29,257 bases of DNA from a virus (IMGVR_UViG_3300010362_000079:1-29257); one strand, 5' to 3'. Counted from the first letter of the stretch, positions 1 through 10,041 are shown. Notes: generated by a model not told the origin, from the letters alone. Program-made: numbers and translations.

Positions 1-89
1 AGGTAGAAGTCGAGCGGTGGTGTGGCGTACTGGCTGAAGTAGACGGTGAGTAGCTGCTGGGCACCCCAGATCGTGAGCCGCCCCGACAT
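1..89 (-). CDS. Minor tail protein, N-terminal fragment (runs off the left edge)
   Basis: ATG at 89-87 overlaps the upstream stop (TGATG). It reads MSGRLTIWGAQQLLTVYFSQYATPPLDFY with no stop before the edge, and lies two genes after the tape measure. Confidence 0.65.
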   Translation of the reverse strand, partial: MSGRLTIWGAQQLLTVYFSQYATPPLDFY

Positions 90-541
90 CAGATCCGCTC
101 CCGCGTCACATCCGGCCAGCGAGGGATGGTCAGGGCGACGCTGGCCATCAGGCTGTGCGTCCACACCTGGCCCCGGCTCATGGTGGCGTCGGCCAGCTGG
201 CAGCGCCAGGTCTCCCGGTACTCGTCGAAGGTCCACCGCAGCTGGTAGTCGTACTGCTCGAACAGCTCCATCAGGGTGAACAGGTTGTCGCTCAGCTCGG
301 TCTGGCTGCCGCCGTAGACCCAGAGGTGGACCTGCTCGGAGACCATCTCCGGCACCGCATGGATCAGGTAGGTCCCACCCAGCACCGAGGAGTCGGCGGT
401 GATCTTCCGCCAGGTCCGGGCCGTGGAGTCCCGGGTCTGCTCGGCACCAATCCGGTAGCTGTCGTGATCGTTCAGGTTCACCCACCGGGTACCCCAGGAG
501 ATCTCCAGCCCCAGGTAGTTCAACCCGGTCTTGGTGGTCAT
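89..541 (-). CDS. Minor tail protein / putative distal tail (Dit-like) protein, 150 aa
   Basis: The likely start is ATG 541 (MTTKTGLNYLGLEISWG), overlapping the tape measure stop (ATGA). The longer 89..1069 ORF overlaps the tape measure out of frame. Function is assigned from position only. Confidence 0.7.
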   Translation of the reverse strand: MTTKTGLNYLGLEISWGTRWVNLNDHDSYRIGAEQTRDSTARTWRKITADSSVLGGTYLIHAVPEMVSEQVHLWVYGGSQTELSDNLFTLMELFEQYDYQLRWTFDEYRETWRCQLADATMSRGQVWTHSLMASVALTIPRWPDVTRERI

Positions 542-3500
542 GCCGCAGATCCTGTCAGTCCTGGACGGCTCAGAGCCATCACCCGCTGCCGAGCCTGGAG
601 CTTGTGCATCAGCTCGCCCGGGTCGTTGGCCTGGACCGTGATCGGACCGGTGAAGTTGGTGGACCGGTCGATCTTGGTGGCGTAGATCGAGCCATGACCG
701 CCATGCATCCGACCCACATTCCGGCCACCCATGGCGTGGGTCATCACGTCGGCCATGAAGTTGGCACCACCGGAGTTCAGCGGGATCACCGCCTCCGGAC
801 CGCGCTCGCCGACACCGATCACGTTCGGCGCGTCGAACATCGCTCCGCTGCCGTACCAGTTGAAGGCGTTGCTGTGCTGCCACGCCGCGGCCGGGGTTCC
901 GTACCGGTCTCGGATGTAGCCCAGGCCCCATCGGATCTGGGTGGAGGCGTTGGTCCGCCAGTCCGCGCCGGCGGTGGCCATCTTGCTCCCGGGCAGGGCC
1001 TGCGGGATGCCGTACGCCGAGCTCGAAGGGTTGTCGGCGTTCCAGCGCCAGCCGGACTCCCGGTTCCACAGCGCCTGCAGCGGAGAGAACTGGCTCTCAC
1101 CCCAGCCGTAGTTGCTCAGGATCGACCGGGCGTACTTCTGCGCCGCCAGCACACTGTGGGCGATCTCGGACGGCGGAGCACCCATGAACTCGTCGCCGGT
1201 GAAGGCCTGACCGTGCGACCGCCTCAACTCACGGATCTTGCTCCGGGCGTACCGGTTGATCACGGTCGAGATCTGTCCCGGATCCAGCGGGTGCACGCCC
1301 TGCATCGCGTACGCCGCACGCTCGGCCTTGGGGTAGTAGTCCTTCAGCAGGTTCCGCAGCCGGCGGCGGTTCACCCGACCGTAGGTCACGGTGCCCAGAC
1401 TGGTGTCAGCGCCGGGACCGTTGAACATGCCCTCTGCCTCGTTCAGGGTGACGTACTCCCAGGGGTTGCCGTCGGAGTCACCGAAGTGCAGGTGCGGGCC
1501 CGAGGAGTTACCGGCAGATCCGGTCAGACCGATCGGGTCGCCCGCACGGACCTTGGTGCCGGCGTTGTAGCCACGCTTGCTCAGGTGGGCGTAGAGGACG
1601 GTGGGTCCGCCATCGACCTTCAGGTACATCACCCGGCCGTAGGAGCCGAAGGGCCCGTACCGGGGATCGTGGTAGGAGTCGGTCGGCAGCGGCCCCGGGA
1701 TGTCGTAGGACCGAGTGATCGTGCCCGAGCCCACCGCGTAGATCGGGTGTCCGACCGAGGCCGAGAAGTCCAGCGCCGCGTAGCCGGTGCTCTGGTCGTG
1801 GATCCCGCGACCGAGGTTCACCGGAGCGTTGACCGGACGGAACACACCGCCGGCAGCGAGCCCGCCGTACTTGGCCGCGTGGTTCATCGCGTCGATGTTC
1901 TTCTCGCCGACCTTGCGTGCCCACTCCGGCCGCATGATCGCCTCGCCACCGGACAGCGGGATCATCCGGTCGTCCCGCCCCGGTGACCAACCCGGCAGCA
2001 CGCCGCCTTCGGCCTGGCCGATCTGGGTGCCGGTCTTACGACCGGGGGTATCGCTGAACCCGGCAGCGGGAGCCCCGGCCGCGACCTTGGGCGGGGTGTA
2101 CTTGAACCCGAAGATCTCGGCCAGCTCCTGCATCAGCGCGATCGCGATCGGAGAGGTGTCGGTCTTCAGTTTGGTGAAGGTGTCCAGCACCTCCTGGGCC
2201 TGCTTCCGGGCATGGCCGTGCAGGTTCTTGACCGCGCCGGACAGGATGCTCTCGATCGATCCGGAGATCTCTCGAGTCGACTGGTTCAGGTCCTCCTTCA
2301 TCCGGTCCATCGAGGTCTGATAGGTGGTCTGCTGATGAGCCATCAGCGTCTCTTCATCCTTCTGCTGCCGGTTCAGCATGATGATGTAGTCGTCGTGCTG
2401 GTTCTTCAGTGAGATCTGGAACTCGGTCTCGGCCCGGTCCTGGTTCTTCGAGAAGTCGTGCAGCGACCGCCGGGAGTTGATCTGGAACTGCCGGTTGGAC
2501 TCGGCGTAGGACAGGTTGGACGGATCGGTGTAGAGGCCCTTCATCCCCTTGGTCCGCGCCTGGATGTTCTTGTTCATCGCCGCGACCCACTGCGGAGTGG
2601 CCTCGGAGACCAGCCGGGCAGCCTCCTGGGCGTTCGCCGGGTTGGCCAGGTCCAGAGCCTGCATGGCCGCGTTGGAGAGCCCGAGCCGGCGCAGCTGGTG
2701 CAGGTTCTTGCTCTGCTCCTGGATCCGGGCCAGTTGGTCCTGGGCGTTGGACAGCAGCCAGGTGGCCGAGTTGGTCTGCTGGACATCCACCCGCTGGTAG
2801 ATGCTCATCGCGGTCTGCGCCATCTGCTTGGCGTTGACCTCGATCGAGTGCTGGAAGTCCTTCTCCGACCGCCGGCGCTGGGTGTCGAAGTCCTCCTGGG
2901 CGTAGCCCTGCTGGCGGTGGAAGGCAGCGATCGACCGCTCCCGGCTCCGGTTGTAGTCCTCTTCCTGCCGGTCGCGCTGCAGCTGGAAGGCCTGCTCCTG
3001 CCAGCCCTTCTGCTGGTAGTAGTCGTGCTCGGCCCGGTCCCGCTGGATGTTGTACTGCTCCTGCATCAGCTCCAGCTGCCGGAAGTACTGGAACTGCTCG
3101 ATCAGCGACCCGCCCATGTCGGCGACGGCCTGCTGTGCCTGGGCCTTCTGCCCGGTTGTGACCGGCCGGATCGACGCGATCGACTGGAACCGCTCCACGT
3201 CGGCCGCGAAGCCCTGACCGCGCGTCATCATCTGCCGCTTCATGCCCCAGTCCTGCTGGGCCTGGCTCATGATGTAGCTGGCCATCACGTACTGCTCGGT
3301 TCCCTCCGAACCGGCAGTGGTCTGGATGTCCCCCATCTTCTTGATGATCTGCGGGTCTGACAGACCGGCATCGCGCAGGCTGGTCATCATCGAGTTCACG
3401 GCGTCGATTCCGGCCGGGATGTTGTTCAGGTCTCCCGAGGCGCTGAGTCCCTTGGACATCGCCTCCTTGACCTGCGGGTTCCGCTCGAACATCTTGCCGA

Positions 3501-6500
3501 CCGCGCCGAGCTGGCCGATCCGGTAGTCGATCGACTCCTTGTCCGGGATCCGGCCGGTGGGAGTGCTGCTGTACACCCCACGGATCGCCTCTCCCCAGCG
3601 ACCGGTCTGGGCCAGCGAGGGATCCAGACCGTAGGACTGCAGGGTGGGCCCGATCTGGTTCGGGTTCAGCCGCAGGGTGAAGATCAGCCGGTCGATGTCG
3701 CTCATCGCCTTCTCGCCGGCGAGCGGAGTGCCGGCGTAGGCCCGGTAGGTCTGCATGCCCTGACCGAAGTAGTTGCCCTGCTCCTGGGCCGGGAGCAACT
3801 GACCGCCAGCGCCATACATCCCGGTCTTCAGGGTCTGCATGGTCTCGTCGATCTGCTTCGGCGTCAGGTTGACCCCGTAGAGCTCCTTGAGCTGGTTCAG
3901 CCGAGCCTCACGCGCGGCATCGCTGAGCGGCTGCTCGGTCTGCTGGATCCGCCTGATGTAGGAGGTCAGGCCGGCACCGGCACCGACGACCTCGGCCTTG
4001 TACATCGCGCCGGCACCCTGGCGGACTCCGAGATAGTCCAGCTGCTGCCGCTCGGTCGAGGTGGCCAGGTCCATCGCGGTGGTGCCGGGCTCCATCTTCC
4101 CCGACGGGAGCTGGTACTGGGCCTGCCCTGCCGCCTGGTAGAACGGCGCGGAGGTGTAGGGCGCGGCGTACCCACCCATGAAGGAGTTGATCGTCGACTG
4201 CGCGAACTCGGCACCGTAGTAGTGGGTCAGGTCATCGCGCAGGTTCGCGATCGCTGACGGGTCCTTCTGGATCCGGTCCCAGTTCGTGGCGATCCAGGAC
4301 AGGGCCATGTCCTGGTTCATCTTCGCGAATGAGGTGTCCGACGGCTTGTAGTTAGCCGCCCTGGCCCGGATCGTCGAGCTCTGAGTGACCCGCTGCGCAG
4401 TGGCCAGAGTCGGCACTCGCTCGCTGCCAGGTGCACCTGCGGCCACCGTGGCCTGGCTCGGCGCGTAGGTGCCGGCGGTCCGCATGTAGGGAGCCAGCGG
4501 CTGGCCGTAGTCATGCGGGGTGTAGGCCTGGGGCTTGCCCTGGATGACATCCCCTAGCTTGCCGAGGAGCGGCACCATGATGGGGCCGATCATCGAGGCC
4601 ACCATCATCCCCATCATGATCGGGTTCATCGCAGCCATCAGGCCCTCGCCGGCACCACCGAGCGCACCCATCAACTTGCCGCCGGCACCGCGCAGTCCCT
4701 TCCCAGCAACGTCGCCTGCCATCCCCAGTCCCGCGCCACCGGCTGCGATGGCAGCCTTGCTGAGCGCCCCGGCGGCCAGTTTGGCCTCGGTGGACAGCGC
4801 CTGCATGGCACCGGCCGAGCCCTTGGTGATGTTGGTCTCCTCGAGCTTGGCCGCACTCAGCTTGCCGGTGTTCGCCACCGCCGCCATCTCGGCGATCCGG
4901 AGCTCCTTGACCGCCTTCTCCTGGGCGTCGATCTCCTTGGTGAGCTCGGCCAGACCACCCGAGGTGAGCCCGACTCCACCGGGTGCGTTCGCCCGGGCGA
5001 ACTGCGCCTGCATCCCGGCGAGCTTGGACTCGCCACCCAGGCGGGCCTCGTAAGCAGCCTGGACATCGGGACCGCGACCACCGAAGTAGTGCTGGAAGAA
5101 CGTGCTCCGGTCGGCGGGGTTGGCGTAGAGCAGCTGGTCGAACTGGCTCCGGTAGAGACCACCGAGAGTGGAGATGCCCTTGCCGGCCATCACGCTGGCC
5201 GGGGACTTCCCACCGGGCATCGCGGTGAAGAACGGCCAGGAGCCGACCTCCTGGTAGGCACCCCGCAGCGCTGCCGCCGGGCGCTGCCCGACGTTGTACA
5301 TCCCGCGCATCAGCCAGGTGGATCGCGGGTCCTCCGCGATCTGGGCACCGCGGCCACCCAACATCCTGCCGCCGGCACCGACGAAGCCTCCGGTCCACAC
5401 CGGGGTGCCGTCGGGACCGGGGATCATCTCGCGCACGATCTGTGGAGACCCACGCAGACCCTCGCGGAAGCCGAGCATGGCCGATGACCTGAAGACAGAC
5501 GCCACCAAGGCCAGCTTGGTCAGGGCCGAGGCGAAGGTGAGCACGGTGGCCGCGGCAGCCCCGATCGGGATCATGATCGCGGCCACGATCTGAGCGAACT
5601 TCCCGAACGGCCCGCTCATCAGGTGCTCGAAGGCACTAGCCACCACATTGACGGCCTTGACCACCACGTTGACTCCGGGGCCGAGCACCCGGGCGAACGA
5701 CTCCGCGGTCATCTCCAGTTCCTGGCGGACCTTGGCCAGGTTGTTCACCAGGTTGTCGGCAGCATCAGCGCCCTTCGCGGTGGCATCGGAATGGGCTCCG
5801 GTCGCGGCCTCCCGGACCGCGTTCATGGCTCCGCCGCTGGACTGCACAGCACCCTGGATGGCTCGCGACATCCGGATCCCGTCGAAGCCGAACTTCTGCA
5901 GGGTCAACGAGGCCTTGGGGCCCTCCTTGTTGACCGCATCGAAGAAGCCGGCCACCTGTTCGATGGCCGACATGGACTTGAAGTGCTCGACCGTGACCCC
6001 GAGCACGTCGGCGTACTTGGCCAGGTCAGGGGAGCCGGTCTGGGTGGCGTAGGTGATGTCCTGCATCACCTTGGTCGCCGCCGTGGCCGCGGTGAACCCC
6101 TCTTGGCCGGCCTTGGTGAACATGTTCGCCAGGCCGATCACCTGGTTCCCGCTCATCCCCATCGCCTTGCCCATCGGGGCCAGCTGGGCGGTGAAGTCGG
6201 CCAGGGAGCTCGCGGTGGTGTTCGACCGAGCTGCCAGGTAGGTCAGGGTGTCGGCGTACTCCCGGGTGTCGTGGGAGTTGACCACTCCGCCGGACATCAC
6301 CTTCTGCAGGTTCAGCACGGAGGACGCCAGGTTGTTTGAGGACTCCCCGGTGGCGTGGGACATCTGCTCGAAGATCCTGGTCAGACCGGTCAGCTGGCTG
6401 GTCTGCCCGACCGCGACCATCTTCGACACGGTCTGAGTCAACTGGGCCGCGGCCGAGGTGGTGGTGCCGAACTCCTTGCGCAGGTTGGTGACCGAGGAGG

Positions 6501-6813
6501 TGTAGTCCTTCATCACCCGGGTCTGCTGGCCCTGGGTCCGAGACAGCGATGCGGCCTGGGCGTTCAGGCCCTGCATCTGCTTCTCGTAGCTGGCCCAGGC
6601 TGCCGTGGCCGCGGTGATCACCCCGACATCGGCCAGGGTGAGACCGAGGATCTTCCTGCCGCCCGACTTGGTCAGCCGTTCCAGCTTCGCGCCGAGGGTG
6701 TCAACGCTCTTGCCGAGGTCGTCGGTGGTCTGCGCCGACTGGCCCATCGCCTGCTGGTACTGGCTGTTGTCCGCCGTTAGTACGACGTTGGCCTGTACCG
6801 GCGTCTGGGTCAC
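538..6813 (-). CDS. Tape measure protein with C-terminal M23 peptidase and lytic transglycosylase domains, 2091 aa
   Basis: Very long Ala/Gly-rich helical ORF directly after the tail chaperones, with a Q/R/E-rich coiled-coil stretch. M23 motifs: YAHLS, G.TG.AGNSSGPHLHF (~1470-1830). SLT motif: LWNRESGWRWNADNPSSSAYGIPQALPGSKM...QIRWGLGYIRDRYG (~860-1150). Confidence 0.95.
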   Translation of the reverse strand: MTQTPVQANVVLTADNSQYQQAMGQSAQTTDDLGKSVDTLGAKLERLTKSGGRKILGLTLADVGVITAATAAWASYEKQMQGLNAQAASLSRTQGQQTRVMKDYTSSVTNLRKEFGTTTSAAAQLTQTVSKMVAVGQTSQLTGLTRIFEQMSHATGESSNNLASSVLNLQKVMSGGVVNSHDTREYADTLTYLAARSNTTASSLADFTAQLAPMGKAMGMSGNQVIGLANMFTKAGQEGFTAATAATKVMQDITYATQTGSPDLAKYADVLGVTVEHFKSMSAIEQVAGFFDAVNKEGPKASLTLQKFGFDGIRMSRAIQGAVQSSGGAMNAVREAATGAHSDATAKGADAADNLVNNLAKVRQELEMTAESFARVLGPGVNVVVKAVNVVASAFEHLMSGPFGKFAQIVAAIMIPIGAAAATVLTFASALTKLALVASVFRSSAMLGFREGLRGSPQIVREMIPGPDGTPVWTGGFVGAGGRMLGGRGAQIAEDPRSTWLMRGMYNVGQRPAAALRGAYQEVGSWPFFTAMPGGKSPASVMAGKGISTLGGLYRSQFDQLLYANPADRSTFFQHYFGGRGPDVQAAYEARLGGESKLAGMQAQFARANAPGGVGLTSGGLAELTKEIDAQEKAVKELRIAEMAAVANTGKLSAAKLEETNITKGSAGAMQALSTEAKLAAGALSKAAIAAGGAGLGMAGDVAGKGLRGAGGKLMGALGGAGEGLMAAMNPIMMGMMVASMIGPIMVPLLGKLGDVIQGKPQAYTPHDYGQPLAPYMRTAGTYAPSQATVAAGAPGSERVPTLATAQRVTQSSTIRARAANYKPSDTSFAKMNQDMALSWIATNWDRIQKDPSAIANLRDDLTHYYGAEFAQSTINSFMGGYAAPYTSAPFYQAAGQAQYQLPSGKMEPGTTAMDLATSTERQQLDYLGVRQGAGAMYKAEVVGAGAGLTSYIRRIQQTEQPLSDAAREARLNQLKELYGVNLTPKQIDETMQTLKTGMYGAGGQLLPAQEQGNYFGQGMQTYRAYAGTPLAGEKAMSDIDRLIFTLRLNPNQIGPTLQSYGLDPSLAQTGRWGEAIRGVYSSTPTGRIPDKESIDYRIGQLGAVGKMFERNPQVKEAMSKGLSASGDLNNIPAGIDAVNSMMTSLRDAGLSDPQIIKKMGDIQTTAGSEGTEQYVMASYIMSQAQQDWGMKRQMMTRGQGFAADVERFQSIASIRPVTTGQKAQAQQAVADMGGSLIEQFQYFRQLELMQEQYNIQRDRAEHDYYQQKGWQEQAFQLQRDRQEEDYNRSRERSIAAFHRQQGYAQEDFDTQRRRSEKDFQHSIEVNAKQMAQTAMSIYQRVDVQQTNSATWLLSNAQDQLARIQEQSKNLHQLRRLGLSNAAMQALDLANPANAQEAARLVSEATPQWVAAMNKNIQARTKGMKGLYTDPSNLSYAESNRQFQINSRRSLHDFSKNQDRAETEFQISLKNQHDDYIIMLNRQQKDEETLMAHQQTTYQTSMDRMKEDLNQSTREISGSIESILSGAVKNLHGHARKQAQEVLDTFTKLKTDTSPIAIALMQELAEIFGFKYTPPKVAAGAPAAGFSDTPGRKTGTQIGQAEGGVLPGWSPGRDDRMIPLSGGEAIMRPEWARKVGEKNIDAMNHAAKYGGLAAGGVFRPVNAPVNLGRGIHDQSTGYAALDFSASVGHPIYAVGSGTITRSYDIPGPLPTDSYHDPRYGPFGSYGRVMYLKVDGGPTVLYAHLSKRGYNAGTKVRAGDPIGLTGSAGNSSGPHLHFGDSDGNPWEYVTLNEAEGMFNGPGADTSLGTVTYGRVNRRRLRNLLKDYYPKAERAAYAMQGVHPLDPGQISTVINRYARSKIRELRRSHGQAFTGDEFMGAPPSEIAHSVLAAQKYARSILSNYGWGESQFSPLQALWNRESGWRWNADNPSSSAYGIPQALPGSKMATAGADWRTNASTQIRWGLGYIRDRYGTPAAAWQHSNAFNWYGSGAMFDAPNVIGVGERGPEAVIPLNSGGANFMADVMTHAMGGRNVGRMHGGHGSIYATKIDRSTNFTGPITVQANDPGELMHKLQARQRVMALSRPGLTGSAA

Positions 6814-6822
6814 CGTCTCGTC

Positions 6823-7197
6823 CTAGTCCATCTTCATCCGCTGGCGTCTCCTGGCCTTGAGCGCCAGCCGGGCTGTGAGCTGTGGGGTTGTCGGGATCAG
6901 TTTGACATTGGTCCCGGGAAGCGACGAGCCCTGCTGATCGGAGAACACCTGCTTCTGGTAGCACCCCTGACAGAACTCTTCCACGGCTGTAAAGGCGAAC
7001 TTGTTCTCCTCCCACTCCCAGGAGGCGGTGCCGCACATGGAACAGCGCTGGCCGTGCTCGAGCAGGTAGGCGATGGTCTTGGCCCGATCCTCGGGATCCC
7101 ACTCCAGAAACTCCGAGTGCGGGATGCCCTTATCGGTGCAGTACCCCATCTCTAGGTAGAAGCCGGGATCCTTCCTCAGCCGTTGACGTTGAAAGGG
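6823..7197 (-). CDS. Tail assembly chaperone, frameshift extension (gpT-like part of the G-T fusion)
   Basis: The frame of ORF 6823..7149 stays open back to the CCCTTTC heptamer at 7197-7191 and is -1 relative to the chaperone (PFQRQRLRKDPGFYLEMGYCTDKG...). It contains CSMC and CQGC pairs and lies immediately before the tape measure. Confidence 0.85.
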   Translation of the reverse strand, partial: PFQRQRLRKDPGFYLEMGYCTDKGIPHSEFLEWDPEDRAKTIAYLLEHGQRCSMCGTASWEWEENKFAFTAVEEFCQGCYQKQVFSDQQGSSLPGTNVKLIPTTPQLTARLALKARRRQRMKMD

Positions 7198-7610
7198 ACA
7201 TCAAGGCCCCGGTTGTTCAGCTCCACCGCCTGCCGGAACAACACCATCACGTCGCCACGCGACCAGTCCTCGGAGTCCCAGATCTGCTTGGCCTCGGTGA
7301 TGGTGATCTCCGGCTCCACCGAGCAGGCGGCGATCAGCGCCGGCGCGAAGGTGTCGATGTCGAAGGTCGACCCCTCTGCCCGCTGCTCGGGCTTGGGCGG
7401 ATGCTTGCCGACCAGCTTGTCGTAGGCCCGCATCCCGATCGCCTGGAACTTCATCGTCACCTCGGTCGGGGTGCCGTTGCCGTTGGCCAGGTAGAGCGAG
7501 AACTCGGTCGTGGACCGCTCCTTGTTCAGGAGCTGGTCGAGGGTGGCCCGCTTCGACGCCTGAGACTGCTTCTGACGGGCTTCGGCCTGCTTGGCTGTTG
7601 TGCTTGGCAT
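7176..7610 (-). CDS. Tail assembly chaperone (gpG-like), 144 aa
   Basis: Lies between tail tube and tape measure, contains the FAPALIAACSVEP segment, and ends with a slippery site. Confidence 0.85.
   Translation of the reverse strand: MPSTTAKQAEARQKQSQASKRATLDQLLNKERSTTEFSLYLANGNGTPTEVTMKFQAIGMRAYDKLVGKHPPKPEQRAEGSTFDIDTFAPALIAACSVEPEITITEAKQIWDSEDWSRGDVMVLFRQAVELNNRGLDVPFNVNG
7191..7197 (-). promoter_or_regulatory. Programmed -1 ribosomal frameshift slippery site C CCU UUC
   Basis: X XXY YYZ heptamer in the correct phase (GTC CCT TTC), four codons before the chaperone stop. A -1 slip enters the downstream ORF. Confidence 0.85.
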
Positions 7611-7664
7611 GACCGGATGTTACTGCTGTGACTCCTCCTGTGTATCCGGCACGCGGTGGATCGA

Positions 7665-8153
7665 TCAGGTAGCGACCACCGCGTTCTCGGCCGGCTCCTC
7701 CATCACCGCACAGGAGGCGGTGAACGTCAGGACGGTGTTCGAGGTCATGTTGGCCATCGTGCGCGAGGTGATCATCACCGGCCAGACCTCCACGTCGTCG
7801 CCGGCGGCGGGCTTGTTGTTGGCCCCGGAGCCACCGAACCTGGCGATGATGAACACTCCCCGGTCGCCGCGGAGCAAGGTCTCCCAGGCGGTGTCCACGT
7901 CGTCATCGCGGTAGAAGTCGGCGTCGAAGGTCGCCGCCGAGGTACCAGCGGTGCTGGTCTCGAACAGCGAGTCGAAGCTCGGAGTCGGCACCGTGTTACC
8001 ACGAGCGGAGGCGTTCAGGCTGATGCAGAACCCGGTCAGGTCCGTAGCCGCCGTGATGTTGGCCGCGCTCGGCGAAGCGGGGTCGGCCACCGTTGCCTCG
8101 GACTCGGACAGGTAACCGATCCAGGTGTTTTCATTCGGGATGATCCGGGCCAT
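7665..8153 (-). CDS. Major tail (tube) protein, 162 aa
   Basis: Acidic, Thr/Ala-rich sequence (P.AA.I.AATDLT; AGDDVEVWPV) resembling actinophage tail tube proteins, in the expected position before the chaperones. Confidence 0.88.
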   Translation of the reverse strand: MARIIPNENTWIGYLSESEATVADPASPSAANITAATDLTGFCISLNASARGNTVPTPSFDSLFETSTAGTSAATFDADFYRDDDVDTAWETLLRGDRGVFIIARFGGSGANNKPAAGDDVEVWPVMITSRTMANMTSNTVLTFTASCAVMEEPAENAVVAT

Positions 8154-8156
8154 CGG

Positions 8157-8351
8157 TCAGCCTTCCTTGCTCGTGGTCTTCTTCGCTGCCGTCTTCTTGG
8201 CGGGTGCCGGCTCGGGCTCGGCTTCCTCACTACTTCCATCATCCGCAACCGTCCAGCCGATCTCGACGTACCGGTCGACGCGGTTCTTCGGCACCCGGGC
8301 TACCTGACCGTCTTCGTCCACGATCCTGACTCGCGTGTCTTCGTATGGCAT
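8157..8351 (-). CDS. Small hypothetical protein, 64 aa, with PAPAKKTAAKK tail
   Basis: Fills the gap between tail terminator and tail tube genes with 1-3 nt spacing, with host-like codon use. Confidence 0.7.
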   Translation of the reverse strand: MPYEDTRVRIVDEDGQVARVPKNRVDRYVEIGWTVADDGSSEEAEPEPAPAKKTAAKKTTSKEG

Positions 8352-8352
8352 C

Positions 8353-8820
8353 TCAGCTTCCCTTCGTGACCCAGACCTCGAATGAATCCGCCTGTGTGAA
8401 GTAGTCCGGGTAGCCGGTGGCGATCCGGTTGACCAGTCCGATCGAGGTGCAGGTGACCTTCTGGATCCGCCAGTTCCCGGTGGGGGTGGTGATCGACTCC
8501 CGGTTGATGTTGGTCAGGTTCATCCGCATCCGGTCGGCCAGCGCCTCGGTCTGCTTCCGGCTGACCCCGGCGTAGGTGGCGGCGTAGCCGAGCTTCCACT
8601 CCGACTGCGAGTCGCCCATCGCCCCGGGTGGGGCCTGCGCGATTCCCGTGGCCGGCGCGAGCGACAGCCAGGGGGTGAACGTGGAGCCCGGATCGTTCGG
8701 CTCTCCCTGCCACCCGAACGGCACGGTGGGCGGAGCGTCGTCGCCCACGGGGAATCCCTCGGTGCCGAGCTCGGTCAGCAACCGGTTGGTGATCGGACCG
8801 CGAGAGAGGCTACTTGGCAT
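8353..8820 (-). CDS. Tail terminator / tail completion protein, 155 aa
   Basis: PVGDDAPP...TPW motif and size; position between the gp10-like gene and tail tube. Confidence 0.75.
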   Translation of the reverse strand: MPSSLSRGPITNRLLTELGTEGFPVGDDAPPTVPFGWQGEPNDPGSTFTPWLSLAPATGIAQAPPGAMGDSQSEWKLGYAATYAGVSRKQTEALADRMRMNLTNINRESITTPTGNWRIQKVTCTSIGLVNRIATGYPDYFTQADSFEVWVTKGS

Positions 8821-9268
8821 TGTTCTTGAACACCTTCACGTTGGCTTCTGCAGCCATCGTCCCGAGACTGTCTACCCAGTCCATGAAGGCCGGCAGCACG
8901 TAGGGCTGTGCCTGGGTGCCGGGGTGGTTCACCTTCTTCGCGTACACCCAGGTCCCGCCCACTCGGAACTTGAGCACCCCGTGCGGGTTCCGTGGTCGGA
9001 TCTCGTGTGGCCGGGTGCCGTACTCCACGTACGCCGCGTACGGCGCGGCCAACGGGTTGGGTCCGATGATCACCCGGTCGGTCTCGACCTTGATCGTCAA
9101 CGAGCTGCGCAGCTTCCCGGTCTTCACCGGGACCTTGGCCTCCATCCCGGCCAGGATCTGGTTGGCGCTCTGGACCAGCACGTCATGGGTGGTGATGTCG
9201 GCCTGGGTCGCGGTACGTCGCAGCGCCTCGGCCAGGCGAGTGACATCGGCAGATGCTTCGGCGGGCAT
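8810..9268 (-). CDS. HK97 gp10-like neck / tail-completion protein, 152 aa
   Basis: Characteristic motifs PVKTGKLRSS, YAAYVEYGT, V.HPGT.AQPY..PA. Confidence 0.9.
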   Translation of the reverse strand: MPAEASADVTRLAEALRRTATQADITTHDVLVQSANQILAGMEAKVPVKTGKLRSSLTIKVETDRVIIGPNPLAAPYAAYVEYGTRPHEIRPRNPHGVLKFRVGGTWVYAKKVNHPGTQAQPYVLPAFMDWVDSLGTMAAEANVKVFKNNAK

Positions 9269-10041
9269 CAGGGCAACACTCTCCCTGCCCGCCTAGTCAT
9301 GTTCCCGATCCCGGTCACCATCGCCCGAGCACCTTCCTTGTCCTTGCGCGCGATGTCGATCCTCGACGCACCGGGCTTGCCGAACATCCGGTTCGACCCC
9401 GCGCTGCCGGCGGACTTCCGCCACTGCGCGTAGTTCTCCCGGAACCTCCCGTTCAACGACTGACTGCGCCCCACCGGGTTCCGCTTGACCGAGGCAGACT
9501 CTGCTGCCTCCAGCTTGGGCTGGAGCTTCTTGAAGGCCTTGCTGAAGTCGTTCCGAGACACCTCACGCCGCAGCCGGTGCCGATTCACCAGCCCCCTTCC
9601 TGGGCCGGCAGGGAACCTCACCACCGAGGAGCCACCTCGGCTGTAGCCCGCGAAGTGCCCGGTCTTGCTCGCCCGGATCGGTGGGTTGCTCTCGACCCCG
9701 AACCGCTTGGGCAGCCCCGCAGCCAGCGCCTTGCCCCGAGGGTGCTTGCCCTTCTCCTTGGTGCCGGGGTCGTGGAAGCCCACGTAGGCGTCCTTGTACC
9801 AGTGGCCCTTGCGCGAGACGGCGAAGTCACCCTGGTCAGAGGCGTAGGTCTTGTACCCCTTCCGGTTCAGGTGCTCGACGGTGCGCTTCATCTTCACGTC
9901 CACGTTCTGGGTCTTGCCCTCGGGATCGGTGAACGTGGTCTGCTTGTGCGTCGGATGCACGGGATCCATGACCGAACGCCGCTGGTAGGCCTCACGCTTG
10001 GCGAACTCACCGTGGTCGACACCGAACGCGGAGAGCATCAC
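9268..10041 (-). CDS. Basic SAFG-tag family protein, ~257 aa (start 10041 or 10038)
   Basis: N-terminus MLSAFGVDHGEFAK; K/R/G-rich; overlaps both neighbours (ATGA, TGATG). Confidence 0.85.
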   Translation of the reverse strand: MMLSAFGVDHGEFAKREAYQRRSVMDPVHPTHKQTTFTDPEGKTQNVDVKMKRTVEHLNRKGYKTYASDQGDFAVSRKGHWYKDAYVGFHDPGTKEKGKHPRGKALAAGLPKRFGVESNPPIRASKTGHFAGYSRGGSSVVRFPAGPGRGLVNRHRLRREVSRNDFSKAFKKLQPKLEAAESASVKRNPVGRSQSLNGRFRENYAQWRKSAGSAGSNRMFGKPGASRIDIARKDKEGARAMVTGIGNMTRRAGRVLP

